Source: Nematocida ausubeli
Lineage: Eukaryota
DNA: 64,000 nt
Direction of reading: 5' to 3'
NCBI RefSeq assembly: GCF_000738915.1
Contig: NW_026515637.1
Coordinates: forward strand, 682,001 to 746,000
Below the pieces are notes generated by a model. It did not search any database. It had not been told where the DNA came from and saw only the letters and a list, made by a program, of their open reading frames with translations. Both the position numbers and the translations under genes were made by a program. Positions within the stretch are counted from its first letter, which is position 1, and every line of letters starts with the position of its first letter. This document shows positions 18,361-29,385 of the stretch, in pieces.

Positions 18361-19662
18361 TTAAGCGTACAAGGATGTCGGTATAGCCTCCAACTTCGTT
18401 GCCTGCACCTTCTCCTTGGCCTTTGTGAAATCCTGCATGGTAACTTGCTTTCTTCTCTCCCGGAGCGCAAGCATCCCAGCCTCAGTGCAAATTGCCTTTA
18501 TGTCAGCCCCACTCAAATCCTCATTTGTTCCAATCATTTCATCCAAGACAACCTCCTTGGAGAGTGTCATTCGAGTCGTGTGTATCCCAAATATCTTCCT
18601 CTTTGTTTGAATATCCGGCACAGGGAACTCTATCTTTCTGTCAATACGCCCTGGCCTAATTAGCGCAGGATCCAGACTCTCAATCTTATTCGTTGCCATA
18701 ATCACCTTTATATCCGAGGAGGTATCAAACCCATCCAGCTGGTTCAATAATTCCAACATGGTTCTTTCTATTTCCTTCTCTCCGCTTGAATTTGTGTCGT
18801 ACCTTTTTGCCCCAATTGCGTCAATTTCATCAATGAATATAATTGTAGGCGCATACATCTCTGCTGCCTTGAACAACTCTCTGACTAACTTTGGGCCGTC
18901 TCCCAGATACTTCTGTATAAGCTCTGACCCAACAATTCTCAAAAAGGTTGCAGATGTCTGGTTTGCCACTGCTTTTGCCAGAAGAGTCTTTCCGGTTCCT
19001 GGCTCACCGTATAGAATTACGCCCTTAGGTGGCTTTATTCCCATTTCATCGTACAGTTCTGGGTTTGTGAGGGGCAACTCAACTGCCTCTTTTATTTCTT
19101 GTATCTGCTGCTCTAGTCCACCTATGTCTGCGTATGTCTCAACTGGTGCTTTCTCCAATTTCATGACACTCACTAAAGGATCTGTCTCTCCTTCTAGCAC
19201 CCCGACCACTCCACTTTCCCTGTGGTTTAAAAGCACCGTGCACCCTGGCTCAAGTGCGTCTTTATCCACGAAGGAATATATTGGCACATAATATTCCTGT
19301 CCTGAGCCTGTGCTGACTATTGCATGGTTTTCATCAATGAATTCTTCTAGTGTGCCCAGGTTCATTGGATACCCTCTGAACTTATCCACTTCTGCCCTTT
19401 CACTTGTGAAGGTTTCTTCGCCTTCCTTGACAGATGCAGATTGGTGGTAGGAAAGAATGCCTTCCTCCAGCATGAAGTAGTCGCGTATCTTCTCTAGTTT
19501 TATTTGGCGCAGCATGCACTTGCTTTGTGGAAAGACAGTTGGAAGCTTTGAGAGCGTTTCTGGCCCCCTCAGCCTCTTTTTCTTTTTTAAGTTCAAGTTC
19601 TTCTCTTGCTGGTCCTTTGGTGGCTGTGATGGCCCGCTTGGTGAGGATTGTTGCTGTCCCAT
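18361..19662 (-). CDS. RPT2: 26S proteasome AAA-ATPase subunit Rpt2 (PSMC1)
   Basis: MGQ N-terminus, [56 protein letters not shown]. Confidence 0.97.
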   Translation of the reverse strand: MGQQQSSPSGPSQPPKDQQEKNLNLKKKKRLRGPETLSKLPTVFPQSKCMLRQIKLEKIRDYFMLEEGILSYHQSASVKEGEETFTSERAEVDKFRGYPMNLGTLEEFIDENHAIVSTGSGQEYYVPIYSFVDKDALEPGCTVLLNHRESGVVGVLEGETDPLVSVMKLEKAPVETYADIGGLEQQIQEIKEAVELPLTNPELYDEMGIKPPKGVILYGEPGTGKTLLAKAVANQTSATFLRIVGSELIQKYLGDGPKLVRELFKAAEMYAPTIIFIDEIDAIGAKRYDTNSSGEKEIERTMLELLNQLDGFDTSSDIKVIMATNKIESLDPALIRPGRIDRKIEFPVPDIQTKRKIFGIHTTRMTLSKEVVLDEMIGTNEDLSGADIKAICTEAGMLALRERRKQVTMQDFTKAKEKVQATKLEAIPTSLYA

Positions 19663-19932
19663 TGCAAAAAGAAAAACAAAGAAATTAATATATTCGGGTT
19701 ATTCCATGTCATTCGGGCTATATCGGGTTATGCCGGGCTATAGCTTTGGGTTATGCGAAAATTACCCAGGACAAACCACAACCCAAAGGCATGAATTAGC
19801 CAGATACTATTTGTAGCCAGATTGAATTCGGGCTATATTGGGTTATAGCCCAAATAACCAGAAAATTAGCCATATACGATATAACCCGAATAAAAAGGCC
19901 TTCTTACAGCCTTCTATTTACAGTCTGAGCGT

Positions 19933-21660
19933 ATGCCTGGGATATGCCCGAATACACTGAAACATAAAATATCCCGAAATAATTTTCACTACATGGAATT
20001 ATACATAAGAAGCAATTACAAGAAGTTTCTTTCAATTCTCTCACTAGCGAAAGGATTAGATTACGGCCAAAATAAACTCTCCAAGCTAATAATGAAATCT
20101 AACAGAGGAGTAGCCCTAACAGCACTCTTTCAGGCGCAAGAGTTCAATGAGCTGTACAGAGACACGATGGCAATCCCGAAAACAGGAAGTGGTCTCTACA
20201 GGTGCGCACTTGGGGCAATTGCAGCATCAATTTACAACAAAGAATTAAGACAGGCCCACCGACTAGCAGAGCACTTCATAAGTGCAGATGCACCCACCAC
20301 TTGCCAAATACTTCTACTAGTAATAGAGGGACACATATATTTGACAAATAAGCAGAACTTGAATATGCTTAAGTGCAAAGCCTGGTCAAAAAGAGTCTTG
20401 GAAGAACTAAAAGATCAGTTCTCATACGGGCTATTCATACTAGCATATAAGGTCCATATGGAAGTACTTCTAGACACAGAAGACGAGACTTTGTTTAAGC
20501 TATTTTCTGTTGTAAAATGTGCAGACCCAGAATACTTTTCCGTACTAGAAGACATAAAGGACATAAGAAAATTAGAGAACTTTTTAAGACTGAAGAATCT
20601 GCCGCATGAAAATATGAAGAAGATCTATATCTTAAAGAATCCACTGACCAACAAGACGGATCTATTAGACTACTTCCAGGAAAATCCAACAGACAAAGAA
20701 ACCCTTCAGTACGTAATGGAAAGAAGAGTGTTCCCAGAGTTAGTGAAATTAGCAACAGACCTTGGGATAATGGAAGGAGACGTAAAAGACAAGCAGATAC
20801 CAAGGCCATGGATATATCCATTCCATAGACTGCCGGGGGATACAGATGAAACTGCAAGCGGAAATAAGTCAAATAATTACTTGAAGAAGCTTGTGAAGAA
20901 TAAAAGAAAACTAATTGTAGAAGGCGTACATCCTGGACCTGTAAAAAGTGTGAAGGTGCCCAGGTCATTCAATGTGTCGCACGATAATTCAGAGGATGGG
21001 ATGGACGAGTACTTTGGAGATATAGAAGTGCATGCACCCAGAGACACACCTGCAAGAAAGGTACACATGCCACAAGAAGAATATTTAGATCAGGCAGACG
21101 AAGAAGTGAAGGATAAGCCCGAGATGTCAGAAGATGAAAGTGGCGAGGAAGAAGGTGGTGAAGGAGAAGATGCAAATATGCAAATAACACCAGAAGATGC
21201 AAAGAGATTACTTAAGGAGTTTATAAACACTGATTCAGATATAGACACAGACGAAGAAGAAATAGAAGGTGAAGAAATAGAAAGTGAAGATGGTGAAAAA
21301 GAGAAAGAAAAAACTATCCAGGAACATGGTATAGACGAAGAAACAGAAGAAGAAGGTGAAAGTGAAGAGAGTGAAATTAAAGCTGAAGAGGCAGAAGAAG
21401 AAAGTACTGAGGACATAAAAGAGAAAGAAATAGAATTAGATGCAGCACAGGAAGAACAGACAGACTTAGATGCAGTAGAGACAGAAATGGAAGATCTGCA
21501 AGAATCCGTAAGCAATAATGAAGAAACTGAAGAGGCAGAAGAAGAGAGTGAAAATGAAGATTTACAACAAGCTGAACCAGAAGTAGATGAAGAAACAAAT
21601 AATCTAGCAGACTTTGACTCTAGTCTAAACCACTTAAGTAGTGATTCACTAAGCTTGTAA
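19933..21660 (+). CDS. Hypothetical protein with a helical N-terminus and long acidic C-terminal tail (start may be ATG 19993)
   Basis: 575-aa ORF; the last ~190 aa are very Glu/Asp-rich. Confidence 0.75.
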   Translation: MPGICPNTLKHKISRNNFHYMELYIRSNYKKFLSILSLAKGLDYGQNKLSKLIMKSNRGVALTALFQAQEFNELYRDTMAIPKTGSGLYRCALGAIAASIYNKELRQAHRLAEHFISADAPTTCQILLLVIEGHIYLTNKQNLNMLKCKAWSKRVLEELKDQFSYGLFILAYKVHMEVLLDTEDETLFKLFSVVKCADPEYFSVLEDIKDIRKLENFLRLKNLPHENMKKIYILKNPLTNKTDLLDYFQENPTDKETLQYVMERRVFPELVKLATDLGIMEGDVKDKQIPRPWIYPFHRLPGDTDETASGNKSNNYLKKLVKNKRKLIVEGVHPGPVKSVKVPRSFNVSHDNSEDGMDEYFGDIEVHAPRDTPARKVHMPQEEYLDQADEEVKDKPEMSEDESGEEEGGEGEDANMQITPEDAKRLLKEFINTDSDIDTDEEEIEGEEIESEDGEKEKEKTIQEHGIDEETEEEGESEESEIKAEEAEEESTEDIKEKEIELDAAQEEQTDLDAVETEMEDLQESVSNNEETEEAEEESENEDLQQAEPEVDEETNNLADFDSSLNHLSSDSLSL

Positions 21661-22073
21661 GCTAGCAATAAATTCAGATTATATTTAAAACTAATAGAAT
21701 ATCCTGTAGACCATGCAGAAGGTTTAAATAAATTCAGAAACATACATGTACCCCATAAGTACATACTAATCTACACTTTGCAGCGAATTTAAAGAGTGTT
21801 TTTACTCTTACACTAATAACACGATGTAGCCCTAATACTCTTGTATCTATTTGCATTTCCGTGACTATAACTGAATATAAGCTGTATACTTTCTATGTGG
21901 CTATCAAATAGTGCTTTTTACATAACTAGCTTAAATGTGCTTAACTTTAACTGAAAAATAACCCGAATTCCGTCACCTAAAAATAATCTACTTTCTAATG
22001 CTTATTCCTTCTATGCACTCCAAATATACTCCGATTCCTTCTATCTTATTTCTTTTATTTTTATTTTCAATAC

Positions 22074-22940
22074 ATGCACGCATCACCGGAAGACTTAGAG
22101 AGAGACGCAGACCAGTACACCAGAAAAAGAAGTAACTTCATAATTCGCATGATTTTAAGCTATGACACAGACAAAGCAGTCACTTTATACGAAAAAGCAG
22201 GAAATGCATACTCCAGGAAGGGCCTGCACGAAAAAGCAGCAGAAATGTATTCTGTCTCTGCAAGTCTTCTAATAGATGCAAAAGAAGAGGGAAATAAATT
22301 CGAGATATTTTCATATCTGGAGAAAAGTGCAGAAGCATTACTAGCAGCAGAAAAGAAGGAAGAAGCAATTTCCGTATACAAGAAGGCACTGAATGAGATC
22401 TCAATGAGTTCTGAGGATACGTCTGTGGTTGCATCTCTTACAGCAAAAATTGGTGGTTTACTGCGGGAAATAGACCAAGAAAAAGAAGCACTAAAATATT
22501 TCTACAGAGCAGCTGATGTATACGGCAGAGCGAAGATGCACATAAATAGAAGAAATATTTTGATGCAGTGTGCAGCCAGCGAAATACGCTTCAAGAACTA
22601 TGAGAAGTCATTTGACTTGTACAAGACGCTTGCTAATGACAAATCAGAGATCAGCCATGTTCTGGAGAAAACGAGTTTCTTGTTTCTGGGTGTACTATGT
22701 GGGATTATTTTGGAGAAAACAAAAAGTGCGTATGAATTGCTTAACCAAATGGATGATACCCGGTTGGAGTCACAGATTGCCTATAAAATGCTGGATATAA
22801 AGACAAAAAGATCTGCAGACCAAGCAGACCTGGATAAAACCATTGAATACTTTAAAAGAACAAACAAACTAGCAACTGAAGTACTTTTGGCAATGCATGA
22901 TGCACAAGTGGCAATTGATCCAAACAATGATATACTGTAG
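22074..22940 (+). CDS. SNAP-family (alpha-SNAP/Sec17-like) TPR protein
   Basis: 288 aa, the right size. KAVTLYEKAGNAY, KAAEMY, ALKYFYRAADVY, YEKSFDLY; C-terminal DIL resembles the alpha-SNAP end. Confidence 0.75.
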   Translation: MHASPEDLERDADQYTRKRSNFIIRMILSYDTDKAVTLYEKAGNAYSRKGLHEKAAEMYSVSASLLIDAKEEGNKFEIFSYLEKSAEALLAAEKKEEAISVYKKALNEISMSSEDTSVVASLTAKIGGLLREIDQEKEALKYFYRAADVYGRAKMHINRRNILMQCAASEIRFKNYEKSFDLYKTLANDKSEISHVLEKTSFLFLGVLCGIILEKTKSAYELLNQMDDTRLESQIAYKMLDIKTKRSADQADLDKTIEYFKRTNKLATEVLLAMHDAQVAIDPNNDIL

Positions 22941-23670
22941 AATAAAGGTATGCTTATTATGGGATTTATATATTACAAGAGGCTCGGGTTATATCGGCTA
23001 ATAGTCCACCTATAAATAGCGCATGCACCCTTCCACTACTTGCAAATACCCTACTAATTCGCACATTTCATGGAGTAAATTTATGTGTTCATGTTTTATG
23101 CCATTAGAAGGATATTAGTGCATATAAATTAACATATTGCGTACATACTAGTACTACAAGCATATATTCCACGTATACCACTTAATATTGCATATTCAGC
23201 AGGTCTTTCATGGAAGGTGCTTTTAGACTATTTTGGACTAGCTTTAGGTATAGCCCTTCAGGAATCCTTTCACTCTAATAAATTCCCAACTATAACCAGA
23301 AGAACCATCCTCTTCTCAACAAGAATTATTCTAAAGAATTTAATTATCACTACTATAAGAACAATCCAATAAATGCAGCCACAAATAACTTTACACATAC
23401 ACCCCCTTATATTACACCTAATACCCTTCTATTTCGTAGGAAGAGTAATCTAGTCTAAATCTAACCAGAACCCAAGTTTATTCCCGCCTAAACAACCCTA
23501 ACTCGTGTGCCCCAAATTAATAGAACCTGAATGCCTTTTCGGCCCTTCCATCTTCTATATTGATTTTTCATAATTCCAGAATCAGGTCACATTAATTCCA
23601 CAAATACAAGAATAAGATCCCTCTAGAATTTAAACAAAACTATAAATACAAAATAACCTAGGAATATCCA

Positions 23671-24525
23671 ATGAAGTTCATCACTTTGATAGCCTTGCTT
23701 TCATCCCAGGTACTTGCCATAAATTACATCCAGGAGAGCATCTTCTCCCCGGAGTTTTCAAAGGGACCAAATGCAATCATTATTGAATCTGGACCAATTG
23801 GTAACTCAACCATACAGAAGGGAAATATGACCTTTGTAGAAAGAGTCATCAACCCAACTGAAGTAGTTGACACATACGACGTAATGGCAGATGATGCTAA
23901 GGTTGGAACTGCAACCAGATCCATCTCTATTCACACAGATGTTGCAGCCATGGGAGGAGTGCCCTACTTAGAGGCCAAATTTGCAGTTACCCTGGAGGCT
24001 GCCCCAGCACCCCCTGAGGGCATGGCATATGCCACAGCCAGTGAAGACGAATTAAGAATCAAGGACCTGCAGCTAATCTTCAGAGATGCCTCTGCAGACT
24101 CAAATGTCTCTGATGTTGTTGGAAACGAGACTGGTTTAATTTGGAGGATAACCCCAGGGCCCAGATTCATTCCATCCATCAGCAGAATGGAAGACGGTGG
24201 CTTAATTGATACCCCAGAAGGCAGATTCACTTTAACCATGTTCCCATTCAACAGCTCCAAGCTGGATATAACAATTCTTGCAAGAATCCCAGAGGGAAGT
24301 GGATTAATCAACATTTATGACCCAGATGTCATAATTATTGCAGAGCCAACCCCAGAGGACGAGGAACAGCCAGAGGACCCAGAGGACCCTGAAGATCCAG
24401 AGGACCCTGAAGATCCAGAAGACCCTGAAGACCCAGAGGACCCAGAAGATCCCGAACCACAACCAGAACCATTCCTTGGTTTCTCTAGAAGAGTTCGAAA
24501 TGGAAAGACTGCACTTGCTGCATAA
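23671..24525 (+). CDS. Hypothetical secreted protein with a C-terminal (PED)n repeat
   Basis: Signal peptide MKFITLIALLSSQVLA, beta-rich body, about nine PED triplets, TATAAA ~30 bp upstream. Confidence 0.85.
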   Translation: MKFITLIALLSSQVLAINYIQESIFSPEFSKGPNAIIIESGPIGNSTIQKGNMTFVERVINPTEVVDTYDVMADDAKVGTATRSISIHTDVAAMGGVPYLEAKFAVTLEAAPAPPEGMAYATASEDELRIKDLQLIFRDASADSNVSDVVGNETGLIWRITPGPRFIPSISRMEDGGLIDTPEGRFTLTMFPFNSSKLDITILARIPEGSGLINIYDPDVIIIAEPTPEDEEQPEDPEDPEDPEDPEDPEDPEDPEDPEDPEPQPEPFLGFSRRVRNGKTALAA

Positions 24526-24937
24526 GAAGGGTGCTTTGTATTCGGGCTAGAATACACTGTAAAATAAAGGGTTTTTCTTGTATACTTAATTGGTTATCCA
24601 TATTACTTTATTTATTTTAAAATTAAACTAGTTTAGAGAGCTGTGCAGAGAGAAAATAAAAGTGTTATTTTTAATACTTTATTGTAGGATTATTTTAGAC
24701 AAAATAGTTATAGCCCAAAAAATAACTTGAATAGTTTTCAGTACACAAGAAATATGAATAGTTCACACCTACCATGTGGTATTATAAGAACAAAAAAACA
24801 ACAAAAATGCAAGAATATCTCTGCTCCTGATCTGTGCAATAGTTAAAAATCAGGCATACTTACTTCTCACACTGAAAAAATAACAAAACAACCACCCAAA
24901 ATAAAACTAACAAATGCTAAAATGTATTTATATGTGA

Positions 24938-25873
24938 CTACCAAATGGAAAGATTATTCGAAACATTCTTCTGATGCATGGACTGATTTGTTCTTGGGTT
25001 GTAGCAATATTTCATCATAATTTGAACCATGGCATTTTGGTGGTACGGCTTCATAAGCACATCACTTGCACCTGCCCCCAATACAGAAATGTACTCTTCC
25101 TGCGCCAGTCCATCAACTATCAAAATCACAGGCGTAACTTCGTCATATTGCCTAAATGCAGAGAGAATCTTCTGAATACTTGGCAACTGCAAGCTTAAAA
25201 AGATAATGTCATACTTTGTCTCTGATAACTTCACAAGAATCTCCTTCTCTTGCTCAATGATGTCAGGGGTGCACCCAATTTTACGTAAAATTGCGCCTGC
25301 GTAGGAACTGCATGTAAGATTATCCTCTGCAATTAATACGTTCACGTTTTCCTTAAAGAGAACCTCTTTTTTGTTCAGATTCCTTTTAAGGTCGTTAACT
25401 TCTTCTACTAAAACCTGGAAGTGCACTGTAAGCATCTTTAAGGTGCCAATGATCTGCGACTGAATCCTGTTCGATGCCTCTAAATTGTCAGAGCTCATTT
25501 CCCTGGAGGTTTTAAATCTTTTGTCTGCATTGCTTTTTTTCCTCACAATGTGCTTTAGAATGTCCTCCCTGCCTCTTTGGAAATAGTTGTGCTTGAATTC
25601 CCAGACCTGCAGCCCAAACTGCTTTAGAATGGACTCTTGACTCTTTATCTTATGGAAATCGTATTTATTTAGCTGCCTCACAAAGGAGCTTAAATTTCCG
25701 TGTTTAAAGTGCTTGTTTAGCATGCACTTTCCAAAGTCAGTTGGGTTTATTATGAGAAAGCTTGTTCCCTGGGACGTCCACTGGATGTAGGTTTGATTTT
25801 GCAGGTCCTCCAGCATACTGTACAGCTTCTCTATAAACTCAGTTGATTGTGATGCTGTCTTCAGAACCTTCAT
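24938..25873 (-). CDS. SKN7: HSF-type DNA-binding domain plus response-regulator receiver (Skn7/Prr1-like)
   Basis: HSF domain FIEKLYSML..YIQW..HFKHGNLSSFVRQLNKYDFHK..WEFKH..F.RGREDIL; coiled coil; receiver VLIAEDN...YDIIFL...TPVI...GASDVLMKPY. Confidence 0.85.
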   Translation of the reverse strand: MKVLKTASQSTEFIEKLYSMLEDLQNQTYIQWTSQGTSFLIINPTDFGKCMLNKHFKHGNLSSFVRQLNKYDFHKIKSQESILKQFGLQVWEFKHNYFQRGREDILKHIVRKKSNADKRFKTSREMSSDNLEASNRIQSQIIGTLKMLTVHFQVLVEEVNDLKRNLNKKEVLFKENVNVLIAEDNLTCSSYAGAILRKIGCTPDIIEQEKEILVKLSETKYDIIFLSLQLPSIQKILSAFRQYDEVTPVILIVDGLAQEEYISVLGAGASDVLMKPYHQNAMVQIMMKYCYNPRTNQSMHQKNVSNNLSIW

Positions 25874-26669
25874 TTCGCTTCCTTTTTCTAATAGAACCTT
25901 TAATATAGGGATGTTTTAATCAGTCTATTTTTGTATAGAGGAATTCGTGTTCTAGTCATGAAAAAAGAATAGGCTTATTCATTCGGCACATGGTTTAATT
26001 AGCATTAGTGTATTATATCTTGTAAATTAAATCTGTCACTTCGGCAGATCTAAATCATCTCTGCGAAAGTGCAATTTATGTTGAATTATTTCGGAATTTC
26101 AAGGCGTGCCTAAGGTGTACTCAAAGAAGAAGGGTATTTTAAGGGTTTTTAAGGTGTGCTAGATGAAGGAGCAGATATAACCAGGTGATTTGGGCTAGCA
26201 TGCCTTGAAATTCGGGGTTTAAGTATTTATATTTACTCAATTGGCTTTTCTTCACTAATAATTAAAATCTTCTGTTCTTATGGCGCTTTCTATAGCATTA
26301 TAATTTAGTCTACTTGGGATATTCAGGATACATTATGGCAAGGCACATATGCCATATTCAGAAATAGCAAGAATATAACAGGAAATTAGAATATGTTATT
26401 TTCTTACTGCATAAGACCCAAATAAAATTACACGATTTTATGTGCTTCTTAGTATGCATGCATTAAAGCATCTTATTTTCATTATAGCGCAAATACCCGG
26501 AATATAACCCAAAATTATATCTCCTAGTTTATTATTGCATATAGTCCAAACCAGAATATACAATATAGTCGTAAGTTCAATATAACCAGAAATAATCCAA
26601 AATAACCCGATCTCTCTTAAATGCCTGCACTTTCACCCACTGAAATACGCACTTTAATTTTTGTTTTGC

Positions 26670-27497
26670 ATGAGTGCAAGAAAGGACTCCGTGGAAGAGT
26701 TTGAAGAAGAAAGTGAAGAATATTTCACCAGCAGAAATGAACTAAGCACTTCAGATATCCCAGCCAGAGACCCCGAATACTTTCCCTATAAAAAAGACAC
26801 CCAGATTCCATCAGAACCCGAAATAACTCGAATTATTTCCATTTACATTCCGGAAGACAAAATTAAAGAAATAAAAGCCCTCATAAAGGACGTAGTGACA
26901 AAGAAGCCAACAAAAAATGAAATAATAAACCGAATTAACGAGACTCAAATTAGCCCAGAAACGTATAATGCGTTAATACTGCACATTATTTCACTTGCAA
27001 AGCAGGCATGCACTAAAAATACTCAGTCAGAAAATCCAAACTCTGTGCTTAAACTAAAGAATGTGCTAAAGGACCAGTTCTTAATGGAAATAAAAAAGGA
27101 TCTGGAAGATTCGGGTTATAGCCAAAGGCCAATCCAGCAATATTCTATGTTCAAAAGGACACCAGAGGATCTGTCCAGTGCAGTAAGCAGCAACCCACAG
27201 CTTATTTCACTTTTTTCTGCAAATTATAACGTACTTTGCTGTAAGATAAAAAAGATCCTGAGTGTAAAGGATATTCATAACAGGCTTAAGAAAGGGTCCT
27301 TTGAATATAAATTAAGTGAAAATGTTTCACTAGACACTGCGAAGTGTGCATATGCTGCGACCTTGCACTATGTTAAGGAAATAATTGGAAAGTGCATAAA
27401 TATTAACAGAGAATTAGACAGAGACAAGTTAATTGCAGAAATGTTCGGAAATGTAAGGGGAGGATATTTACTGTACAAGGATTACCCTACTGTTTAG
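26670..27497 (+). CDS. Hypothetical protein (acidic N-terminus; C-terminal part possibly histone-fold/TAF-like)
   Basis: ORF from ATG 26670; the family hint is only a weak pattern impression. Confidence 0.65.
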   Translation: MSARKDSVEEFEEESEEYFTSRNELSTSDIPARDPEYFPYKKDTQIPSEPEITRIISIYIPEDKIKEIKALIKDVVTKKPTKNEIINRINETQISPETYNALILHIISLAKQACTKNTQSENPNSVLKLKNVLKDQFLMEIKKDLEDSGYSQRPIQQYSMFKRTPEDLSSAVSSNPQLISLFSANYNVLCCKIKKILSVKDIHNRLKKGSFEYKLSENVSLDTAKCAYAATLHYVKEIIGKCININRELDRDKLIAEMFGNVRGGYLLYKDYPTV

Positions 27498-27863
27498 GAG
27501 GCTGCATCTTTCCCAGAGATACGTGTGCTATTCTACTTAGGCTAATTATATCCAGATTATTTTGGATTATTTATGAATAATTCTACTTAGGATAATTATG
27601 CTTACAGAGATACTTACATTAATATAAATATAACACAAGCACATCTGCGCCATAAAGACGATATATTCTGGTTATATCTAGTTTGCAGCCATATAGACCA
27701 TAAATATAATACAAGCACGTCTGCGACATAGTCTAAATACTCCTAAATAACTCAAATTTCACTCTCTGTTCATGCACAGTATGACACTCTTATTCAATTC
27801 CCAAATAACCAGAGCTATTCGTGCAGCTTCCAAATAGACTAAACTATGGCATAAAAATCTTTT

Positions 27864-28475
27864 ATGAAACTTTCACAGCAAGGGGATAGTAAGACAGTTA
27901 TTGGAATAAGCGAAAGAGAGTTCTTCAAGGCACTGGTGGACGAGAATGGATTCTACCCGAAGGACAAGGAGGTTTCCATTGAAGAAATAGAAACATATGC
28001 GGATATCACAATGAAAGGGTGTAAAAATGGAAGTACTGTAATTGTAAGCATAATATTAACTGAGAACAGCCAATCAATCGATGCATGCAGAATATCCTTA
28101 AATAAAGAAGTATCTGCGTACGTGTCTGTCGATGTCTTAGTGGATTCTGGCTCAGCCCAAGAAATAGTTCAGTCCTGCCTGGCAGATGTGCAAAGAAAGC
28201 TAACACAGCCCAATTTAGTTCAATTATTCAAAAATAGACAGACTGTATCGCATAATATATATAGGGCTGGCAGTCGTGCCGTAAATAGGAAGATAGTTTC
28301 GTATGGTGTAATTGGAGAGAAGTATATTACATCTCCAATTCTACAGGAATTTGGGGCATCAGATGCAGTTCTAACTATTACCTCAGAAGATGAAAAAATA
28401 ATTGAAGTAGAAATTGAGAAGGGATGCATTTCACCTGGCATGCTAGCCAGAATCATGCAGGATCACATGAATTAA
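27864..28475 (+). CDS. Reduced exosome core RNase PH-like subunit (Rrp45/Rrp42-like)
   Basis: N-terminal ISEREFFKAL, GSTVIVSI, SID, VSVDVLVDSGS pattern typical of the PH-ring subunits. Confidence 0.6.
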   Translation: MKLSQQGDSKTVIGISEREFFKALVDENGFYPKDKEVSIEEIETYADITMKGCKNGSTVIVSIILTENSQSIDACRISLNKEVSAYVSVDVLVDSGSAQEIVQSCLADVQRKLTQPNLVQLFKNRQTVSHNIYRAGSRAVNRKIVSYGVIGEKYITSPILQEFGASDAVLTITSEDEKIIEVEIEKGCISPGMLARIMQDHMN

Positions 28476-29134
28476 ACAAAACCCCAAAAACCCGGAAAAT
28501 ATCAGATGCACGCTTTGCAGGATGTACTTCAGATGCAAATTTGCATGCACACAAATATATGTTCATTAGATGGCCAGAATAACCCGAATGGCTTCAATTC
28601 ATGTTTAATTTGGTTATATTCAGGCTACATAAATATAGGCGCATTTACAGATTAAATTAAACCCGAATTATCTATTCAATCTCATGTGCCTGCATGCACA
28701 TAATTATTGCACACTAGAAGGTACTTCTGTGCTTGCACTCTCTATAAAATAAAATAAGTATTTATCTAAGGATTTTAATGCTTCTGGATATTTAGACTGT
28801 TTAAATCCGCATATCCATTGGATTATTCTTGTCTCTCTGTTTTCCTTTACTAATTTGTCTTGAATTATTTTGTGCTCATAAAAATTGGAAAGGCGTTTTT
28901 TATTTTCTCTGGAATCTAAAAAGTTCCTTCCTACCACATGCGAAGTTATATAAAATTTTAAGAAAAAAGTAAAAACGCCTTTATCCTTTCCAAAATTCCA
29001 TTTTAGTGCATGGGCATTCCCAAAACACAAAAAAAACAGAATTCAGGCTATATAGAACTACTAAAACATAAACTTTTGAGTTATATCCATGGCTCTGTTC
29101 AATTTAGCCAAAAACAGCTAGAAATTCCTCTAAG

Positions 29135-29371
29135 TTAATCCATTTCTGCTGTGCTTATTTCAATGCTTACTGTAGAGTTATTACTACTCATTACATCCAC
29201 AGTTTTCTTGTTTTTTCGCTTGGAGCCTGATTTCCCTAGCACTTTCCCGTGCCTTTTCTTCCCTGGATTGATGACTTTCTTAATGCAAATGTAAAGCACC
29301 ACAGAAGACAAGAAGCATATTCCCACAGAAAGAAACAGAATATCCCAGACACTCTTTTTTACCACTTCCAT
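29135..29371 (-). CDS. Small single-pass membrane protein
   Basis: ATG at 29371 (MEVVKK..), a TM segment ILFLSVGICFLSSVVLYICI, then a basic tract. Confidence 0.55.
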   Translation of the reverse strand: MEVVKKSVWDILFLSVGICFLSSVVLYICIKKVINPGKKRHGKVLGKSGSKRKNKKTVDVMSSNNSTVSIEISTAEMD

Positions 29372-29385
29372 TTTTACAAAAATAA

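Noticed and set aside
28704..29030. 108-aa minus-strand ORF
   Set aside because: No in-frame ATG and no recognisable homology; could be a remnant.
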